A DNA stretch of 64,000 nucleotides, from IMG/VR virus record IMGVR_UViG_3300031994_000079, positions 1 through 64,000 of that record; one strand, 5' to 3'. The position numbers were made by a program, and so were the translations under genes. Under the pieces are notes generated by a model. That model searched no databases, had not been told where the DNA came from, and was given only the letters and a program-made list of their open reading frames with translations. The stretch comes from a virus (taxonomy: Duplodnaviria; Caudoviricetes). This document shows, one piece after another, positions 58,083 through 64,000 of this stretch (positions are counted from its first letter, which is position 1; the number at the start of each line of letters is the position of its first letter).

Positions 58083-58902
58083 TATATTTATAACATCACA
58101 TAATAGTCCATATGAATGTACATCTTATGTTTCATTGAGGACAGCAGGATATACAGGTGACATATATATCGTTATAGATGATACTGACCCTCAGTTTGAT
58201 GAATATGATAGGTCAGGAAATAATCTTGTAGTATTTCATAAGCAGGATTATGTCAAGAAATTAGATATAGGTATGTCTAAATTAAATCCTCAATTAGCCG
58301 CTGTATTGTATGCAAGGGCAGCTGTAGAAGATTTTGCAAAGCAAATGGACTTAGATTATTTTATGGTAATGGATGATGATATATATGGATTTAGGTATAG
58401 ATATTCTGATAAAAATAAGTTATGTTCAAAGCCTGTTGAAAACTTTGATATTCTAATAGATAATTATATTCAGTTTATGAAAGAAAGTAATTCATTATGC
58501 CTATCTTTTGCACATGATGGCTCATTTATAGGTGGGTTAAGTGCTATACCTAAAATATTGGAACGTAGGTCTTGTCATACAATATTTTTACGTGATACGT
58601 CAAAAGAGTTTGAGTGGAAGTTTGCAGTAAATGAAGATTATGTATCATCATTATTGTATGCTAACATAGGAAAATTGATGTTGACATTACCATTTGTTCA
58701 GAGAAATATATCAGGTATGAATGATAGACAAGAAGGTATGCATGATTTATATGAGAGTACCACAGAGTTTCAAAGAGCTTTCTATAATGTAATAGCTTGT
58801 CCTTGGACATGTGTTGTTGCTGAATATAATAATCATTTTGTTGTTAGAACAAATAAGTCCACAGCATATCCAAAAATAATAAGTAGCAGATATAGGAGAT
58901 AA
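58060..58902 (+). CDS. GT-A glycosyltransferase, TAGT/GREB1-like (paralog 1)
   Basis: IFITSH, MDDD, FIGG, NED; aligns by eye with 59276-60160. Confidence 0.7.
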   Translation: MEIKLKFSIFITSHNSPYECTSYVSLRTAGYTGDIYIVIDDTDPQFDEYDRSGNNLVVFHKQDYVKKLDIGMSKLNPQLAAVLYARAAVEDFAKQMDLDYFMVMDDDIYGFRYRYSDKNKLCSKPVENFDILIDNYIQFMKESNSLCLSFAHDGSFIGGLSAIPKILERRSCHTIFLRDTSKEFEWKFAVNEDYVSSLLYANIGKLMLTLPFVQRNISGMNDRQEGMHDLYESTTEFQRAFYNVIACPWTCVVAEYNNHFVVRTNKSTAYPKIISSRYRR

Positions 58903-58905
58903 ATT

Positions 58906-59301
58906 ATGCCATTGATAAATGTAAAGAAAAAGGAAATTGATAATACATATACAACTAAAGTACAGATACCACAATATATTCCAAAACAAGAAAAGCCACC
59001 TATAACAGGGTTAGTAGACACAGAGAAGTATTCAAAATTACTTTATAATATCAATAATAGTAATGTGTCTGAGGAAGAGAAGAAGTTTTTGAGGTTTGCG
59101 GCTGCAAGACATTTAGCATTTAACTATTCATTGATAGCTGATTACTATGCCAACGCAGATAAAGAAATGCAAGAACTTATGGAACAGTCAGCGTTAGTAA
59201 TATTGGATATAGATGATGCTATAGCTAATGGATATGTTAAGTTATCGGATAGCATAAAGCAGTTATTAAAGGAGAGTGGTGAACTTGCATCTAAGGAGTA
59301 A
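58906..59301 (+). CDS. Small helical partner protein found next to phage TAGT-like transferases
   Basis: KFL..AA.RH..FNYS.IADYYA.A..EMQ.LME.SALVI.D.DDAIANGYVKL. Confidence 0.75.
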   Translation: MPLINVKKKEIDNTYTTKVQIPQYIPKQEKPPITGLVDTEKYSKLLYNINNSNVSEEEKKFLRFAAARHLAFNYSLIADYYANADKEMQELMEQSALVILDIDDAIANGYVKLSDSIKQLLKESGELASKE

Positions 59302-60160
59302 TTTTGTTGTATTTATATTATCTCATGGACGACCTAATAAAGTTTACACTTATGACACAATACGAAAATCAGGATATACAGGGCCTATTGTATTAGTGTT
59401 AGATAATGAAGATAATACTATTGACGAATATAAGCATGTATATGAAGCAAAAGAAAATACAGGTGTATATGTATTTGATAAATTAGATATAGCTAATAGG
59501 TATGACGAAGTTGATAGAGGTAAAGATAGACGTACAATATTTTATGCGAGAAATGCCTGTTTTGAAATAGCGAAAAAATTAGATTATACGTATTTTTTGG
59601 AACTCGATGATGATTATGTAAAATTTAGAAGTCGAGTAGATATAGATGGTAAGTTTGCAACTATATATCATACTGACCTCGATTCTTTATTTGAGATAAT
59701 GTTACAATTTTTAGATGATACAAAAGCCTATACCGTAGCGTTTTCACAAACAGGAGATTTTATAGGTGGTATGGGTAGTAGAGTTTATAAAGAAAAATTA
59801 TCAAGAAAGGCTATGAATAGTTTTTTCTGCACTATAGAGAGACCGTTTAAGTTTCTTGGTAGAATAAATGAAGATGTAAATACATATGTTAGTGAAGGTT
59901 CAAAAGGTAATCTTATGTTTACAATAGCTGATGCGTCATTAGACCAGACACAAACACAATCAAATTCTGGCGGTATGACAGAAATGTACCTAAATTCTGG
60001 CACATATGTGAAATCATTTTTTACTATAATAACTAATCCATCAAGTGTCGTTATACATGAAATGGGTAGCTCTCATAAGAGAATACATCATTTAATAGAT
60101 TGGAACAAAGCAGTACCAAAAATAATAAGTAGTAACTTCAAGAAAGGAGAGAAAGTATGA
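59276..60160 (+). CDS. GT-A glycosyltransferase, TAGT/GREB1-like (paralog 2)
   Basis: FILSHGRP, ARNACF, LDDDY, GDFIGG, RKAMNSFF, GRINED, GGMTEMY. Confidence 0.8.
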   Translation: MVNLHLRSNFVVFILSHGRPNKVYTYDTIRKSGYTGPIVLVLDNEDNTIDEYKHVYEAKENTGVYVFDKLDIANRYDEVDRGKDRRTIFYARNACFEIAKKLDYTYFLELDDDYVKFRSRVDIDGKFATIYHTDLDSLFEIMLQFLDDTKAYTVAFSQTGDFIGGMGSRVYKEKLSRKAMNSFFCTIERPFKFLGRINEDVNTYVSEGSKGNLMFTIADASLDQTQTQSNSGGMTEMYLNSGTYVKSFFTIITNPSSVVIHEMGSSHKRIHHLIDWNKAVPKIISSNFKKGEKV

Positions 60161-61272
60161 AGTTTACAATCACAACGGCAGTGTTACAAGACATGCTGAC
60201 AAAATCAACCAAATGTGCATCAAATGACAATCAGAGACCATTAACAGGCTTGATAGCTATTCAGTTGAAGGATAATGTTCTTACGCTGATAACATCAAGC
60301 GCCACTAATTATCTGTATGTTCATAAAGATAAGATAGTTGGTGAAGATTTTTATGTAGTTGTGCCTGTAGAGATATTCTCTAAGTTAGTTTCCAAATTAA
60401 CAGCGGAGAATACAACACTTGAACTTAAGGATAATAATCTGATAGTAACAAGCGGTGGTACATATACAATTGGTGTATCTATTGATGAAGAAGGAGAGCT
60501 TACGAGATATCCTGACCCATATAACACAAGTGATGAGTTTACAAATTATAAGGCTTATCCTATTAAGAAATCAACGCTTAATCTTATTCTTTCAGTCAAT
60601 TCAGCCTCGATAGCAGAAGGTGAGATGGCAAAAGATTTGCCCGAAGTTTACACAGGTTATCATATGTCAGATTCAATAGTAACCACAGATTCTATAAAGA
60701 TGTGCGGTATAGATATAAAGGTATGTGATGAGCCTATACTTGTAAGGCCTGAAACAATGAAGCTGACAGATGTATTTACCGAGGAGAACTTAGAGATAAG
60801 GATAAGTGATGATGCAAGAGGTAATAAGAATATCGTCATAACATCAGCAGGTGATATTGATTGCGATATAGTAAGTAAGTTGTTAGAGAACATGGAAGAT
60901 TTTGCAATCAATGATATAAACGGCTTGTTAGCATCAGATTTTGCCAGCTCATGTGCAATAAGTAAAGTTAAATTCCTGCAGGCGTTAGATAGATTATCAT
61001 TGTTTATAAATAAGTTAGACGATTTCGCCCTGTTTCTCACATTCACTAATGACGGCTTGAAGTTAGCGAATAAGAAGTCAAGTAGTGAGGAAGTAATAGC
61101 TTATGAAGCAAGTGATGATTTTAAGCCTTACTCATGTGTGCTTGATATAAACGCACTTACCAATCAGATAAAAGCAGTACCCGGTGATTTAGTAAATATC
61201 TACTATGGTAATGAAGTAGCTGTCAAGTTTGAAGATGGTAATATTACCCAGATGATAGCACTTATGCAGTAA
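60157..61272 (+). CDS. dnaN: DNA polymerase III beta sliding clamp-like protein
   Basis: 371 aa, repeated three-domain beta-clamp pattern, ..VTTDSIKM.., FLQALDRLSLF, C-terminal LM. Confidence 0.82.
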   Translation: MKFTITTAVLQDMLTKSTKCASNDNQRPLTGLIAIQLKDNVLTLITSSATNYLYVHKDKIVGEDFYVVVPVEIFSKLVSKLTAENTTLELKDNNLIVTSGGTYTIGVSIDEEGELTRYPDPYNTSDEFTNYKAYPIKKSTLNLILSVNSASIAEGEMAKDLPEVYTGYHMSDSIVTTDSIKMCGIDIKVCDEPILVRPETMKLTDVFTEENLEIRISDDARGNKNIVITSAGDIDCDIVSKLLENMEDFAINDINGLLASDFASSCAISKVKFLQALDRLSLFINKLDDFALFLTFTNDGLKLANKKSSSEEVIAYEASDDFKPYSCVLDINALTNQIKAVPGDLVNIYYGNEVAVKFEDGNITQMIALMQ

Positions 61273-61279
61273 TCAAATA

Positions 61280-61305
61280 GGGCTAACGTGAAATATCGTT
61301 AGCCC
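61280..61305. terminator. Hairpin after clamp gene
   Basis: GGGCTAACG-8 nt-CGTTAGCCC. Confidence 0.65.
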
Positions 61306-61380
61306 ATTGATTTTCATATAAATATGTTATATAATGTTTATAGTTGAAAACAAACTTTTCAAGACAGCAAGGAGAATAGA

Positions 61381-61614
61381 ATGAGAGTAACAAAAACAGC
61401 TCAGGTATTAGAGCATCTTAAAAATCACGGTACAATCACATCATGGCAAGCAATTCATGAGTATGGAGCAACTCGTTTATCCGCAATCATTTTCAATCTT
61501 AGAAAAGATGGATATGATATTGACACTAAGACAGAACTTACCAAAGACAGAAATGGTAATGTATGTCAGTATGCGAAGTATATTTTGAATAGAGAGGAGA
61601 ATAAGAACAGATGA
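61381..61614 (+). CDS. Winged HTH protein
   Basis: QVLEHL...GTITSWQAI..YG.TRLSA.IFNLRK.GY.I. Confidence 0.85.
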   Translation: MRVTKTAQVLEHLKNHGTITSWQAIHEYGATRLSAIIFNLRKDGYDIDTKTELTKDRNGNVCQYAKYILNREENKNR

Positions 61615-61665
61615 AACAGAATTTGAAAAATACAAAAAATTAGTATATAAGAAAGGAAGAATAAA

Positions 61666-62718
61666 ATGGGCAAATCATTAGCTATAAAATACAGACCTCA
61701 TCAATGGTCAGATGTTATAGAGCAAAGTTCAATAAAAGTTATACTTCAGGAACAAATAAGAAGTAAAACTATAAAAAATGGATACCTTTTTGCGGGTTCA
61801 GCAGGAACAGGTAAGACAACTTGTGCGAGGATATTTGCGAATGAGATAAATGAAGGACATGGTACGCCGATAGAAATGGATGCGGCAAGTAATAATAGCG
61901 TAGATGATATAAGAAATGTTATAGCACAGGCACAGACAAAGAGTTTGGATAGTGAATATAAGATATTCATTATAGATGAGGCTCATTCATTATCAAACAG
62001 TGCCTGGCAAGCAATGTTAAAAACACTTGAAGAACCGCCGGCAAAGTCTATATTCATATTCTGTACTACAGATCCACAGAAGATACCTAAGACAATACTT
62101 TCAAGAGTACAGAGATATGACTTTCAGAGAATAAGTCAGCAGGGTATTGTAGATAGGTTACTCTATATACTATGTGAAGAAAATGAATTAGATGATGGTG
62201 AGCGTGGAATAAGTGCAGAAGCAGTTGAGTATATAGCAAAGTTAGCCGATGGTGGGATGCGGGATGCAATAACATTGATGGATAAGTGTTTATCATATTC
62301 TACAGAATTAACCATAGAAAATATAGTAAAAGCCTTGGGTATAGCAAACTATGATATTATGTTCAGTTTACTTGATGGTCTTATAGAGCATAAGGCACAG
62401 TTTGTGTTAGAGCAGATAGATAGTATATATAGCTCTGGTATAGATATGAAGCAGTTCATAAAATCATTCACCGAGTTTGTACTTGATGTATGTAAGTATG
62501 GTCTTACAAAAGATTTCTCAATGATAAGAATACCAAATATATATGATAGTGAGTTAAAGCAGTTTGGTGATTATGAGTTTTTTGTAAGTGCCGAATTGTT
62601 AAAAATGCTTATAGCATTGAATAATGAGATAAAGTGGGAGAGTAATCCTAAATATCCCATTGAAGCAAGATTTTTTATATTTAGTACAAGTGAGGTAGAT
62701 AATGATAGTACAGTTTAA
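61666..62718 (+). CDS. dnaX: Clamp loader gamma/tau-like subunit
   Basis: LAIKYRP, GSAGTGKTT, IIDEAH, LKTLEEPP, TILSR, GGMRDAI. Confidence 0.92.
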   Translation: MGKSLAIKYRPHQWSDVIEQSSIKVILQEQIRSKTIKNGYLFAGSAGTGKTTCARIFANEINEGHGTPIEMDAASNNSVDDIRNVIAQAQTKSLDSEYKIFIIDEAHSLSNSAWQAMLKTLEEPPAKSIFIFCTTDPQKIPKTILSRVQRYDFQRISQQGIVDRLLYILCEENELDDGERGISAEAVEYIAKLADGGMRDAITLMDKCLSYSTELTIENIVKALGIANYDIMFSLLDGLIEHKAQFVLEQIDSIYSSGIDMKQFIKSFTEFVLDVCKYGLTKDFSMIRIPNIYDSELKQFGDYEFFVSAELLKMLIALNNEIKWESNPKYPIEARFFIFSTSEVDNDSTV

Positions 62719-62890
62719 ACCAAGACGAGCTAACATGAATAGCAATAGAGTTGAGGCTATGATAAAAGGTCAAATAGAATCATATGAATGTAACTCTTGT
62801 GGTAAAGAGTTTGAAGTGTTATTCGAACAGTTTCCAGAAAGATGTCCTCATTGTAATATGAGAATAGATTGGGGGAATAGCGAAAAATGA
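62702..62890 (+). CDS. Zinc-ribbon protein
   Basis: YECNSCG...CPHC. Confidence 0.7.
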   Translation: MIVQFKPRRANMNSNRVEAMIKGQIESYECNSCGKEFEVLFEQFPERCPHCNMRIDWGNSEK

Positions 62891-63732
62891 TAGGTCAGAA
62901 TGAGTTGTTAGAACGATTTAAAGTTATGGTAGATGATAGGACTGTAGTATTTCCTAAGTTTATAATCTTAGTAGGTCCTAAAGGTAGTGGTAAGAAAACA
63001 ATGGCTAATGAGATATATAAGATGATTTCAGAATCTGCCGATATGAATGTTAATCAGTATGTACTTGAGGATATAAAAGTAGATACTGTTAGGTCAATGA
63101 TAGCAGATGCGAATAAGGTGATAGAGCCTACTATATATGTTATACCAGATGCGGATAGAATGTCGGCAACCGCAAAAAATAGTATGCTAAAAATTACAGA
63201 AGAACCACCAGCAAATGCATGGTTTATTCTTACATTAGAGAATGAGTACAATGCACTTGCCACAATAAGAAGTAGAGGTCAAGTGTATAAGTTACAGCCG
63301 TATTCTGGTACAATAATAATGGATTATATCAAGATGAGATTTAAAGATATATCTTTAGAGGAAACAGAGATATTACTTGATATATGTGAGACACCTGGTG
63401 AAGTAGAATTTTTATATAAAGCTGGCGTTATCGCCTTATATGAGTATGTGGAGAAAGTTGTAGAGAATATAGCAGTAGTTAGTGGTTCTAATGCTTTCAA
63501 GATAGGTAGTAAGATAGCTTTTAAAGATGAGGAAGATAAGTATGACTTACGATTATTTTGGAAAGCATTTATGAAAGTATGTTCTGATAAAATGCGTGAG
63601 TTAAAGGACATAAAGTATGCAGATGCTATTAGAATAACCAGTAAATACATGCAACAGTTAAGTACAACTGGTGTGAACAAGAGTTCGACATTCGATATGT
63701 TTATATTAGATATAAGGGAGAGTTGGTTATGA
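62887..63732 (+). CDS. holB: Clamp loader delta-prime-like subunit
   Basis: GPKGSGKK, AD.M...A.NS.LK.TEEPP, TIRSRG. Confidence 0.8.
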   Translation: MIGQNELLERFKVMVDDRTVVFPKFIILVGPKGSGKKTMANEIYKMISESADMNVNQYVLEDIKVDTVRSMIADANKVIEPTIYVIPDADRMSATAKNSMLKITEEPPANAWFILTLENEYNALATIRSRGQVYKLQPYSGTIIMDYIKMRFKDISLEETEILLDICETPGEVEFLYKAGVIALYEYVEKVVENIAVVSGSNAFKIGSKIAFKDEEDKYDLRLFWKAFMKVCSDKMRELKDIKYADAIRITSKYMQQLSTTGVNKSSTFDMFILDIRESWL

Positions 63733-64000
63733 CAGTAGGAGAAGTTAAGAAGCAGATAAAAGATAAGAAGCCGTTATCATTTTATATATTCACAGGTGAA
63801 GAACTTGAGGTAATGAATATATATGTTAAGAAGATAGCTGAAGTAGCAGGTGCAAATGTAAATAGAGCCTATACATTGAGTTCAGTATTTTCTAAAGTGC
63901 AGAGCCGTTCAATGTTTTCACAAAAGACTTGTTTTGTTATCCGTGATGATAAAGAATTTCTTTCAGCAGAAGATATATGGTCAAGAGTTGAAGATGATGA
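63729..64000 (+). CDS. Clamp loader delta-like subunit (truncated by window end)
   Basis: K.IKDKK....YIFTGEE N-terminus resembles HolA; follows dnaX and holB. Confidence 0.6.
   Translation, partial: MTVGEVKKQIKDKKPLSFYIFTGEELEVMNIYVKKIAEVAGANVNRAYTLSSVFSKVQSRSMFSQKTCFVIRDDKEFLSAEDIWSRVEDD

Larger units (their letters stand above)
1..64000 (+). mobile_element. Segment of a tailed dsDNA bacteriophage genome (siphovirus-like, Firmicutes host)
   Basis: Terminase, portal, capsid, tail, tape measure, holin, endolysin and a phage replication module, co-oriented on +; no host housekeeping operons. Confidence 0.97.

Noticed and set aside
796-63680. Many minus-strand and alternate-frame ORFs in the ORF track
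   Set aside because: They overlap well-supported + strand genes, lack RBSs and have the hydrophobic/Ser-rich composition of antisense shadows.

Overview
This window is about 64 kb of a low-GC tailed phage genome (siphovirus-like gene order), probably infecting a Clostridia/Lachnospiraceae-type Firmicute (host is inferred). Essentially all real genes lie on the + strand. The order is: small accessory ORFs plus a Holliday-junction resolvase, a QueC-like PP-loop protein and a DNA methyltransferase (1-5.7 kb); an early region of tiny ORFs in repeated promoter cassettes, with repeat-rich non-coding blocks (5.7-16.7 kb); packaging, head and tail genes (17.5-38 kb); a tRNA-like RNA, the lysis cassette, glycosyl/nucleotidyl transferases and a low-complexity six-gene module (38.6-46 kb); and a replication module (46-64 kb). 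The replication module has an SNF2 helicase, initiator, DnaC, DnaB, primase, GIY-YIG endonuclease, SSB, family A polymerase, two paralogous GT-A transferases, a beta clamp and clamp-loader subunits. No integrase, CRISPR array or reverse transcriptase is visible. The most striking observation is the polA locus. It is split into pieces, the first ending in a degenerate Hint/intein-like tail, and the catalytic motif A (DYS-QQEP) is interrupted by a 7-nt insertion containing a stop (TCT TAGG TCA). An active enzyme would need translational bypassing, frameshifting or RNA processing, unless the insertion is an assembly error. All assignments come from motif recognition by eye; no searches were run.
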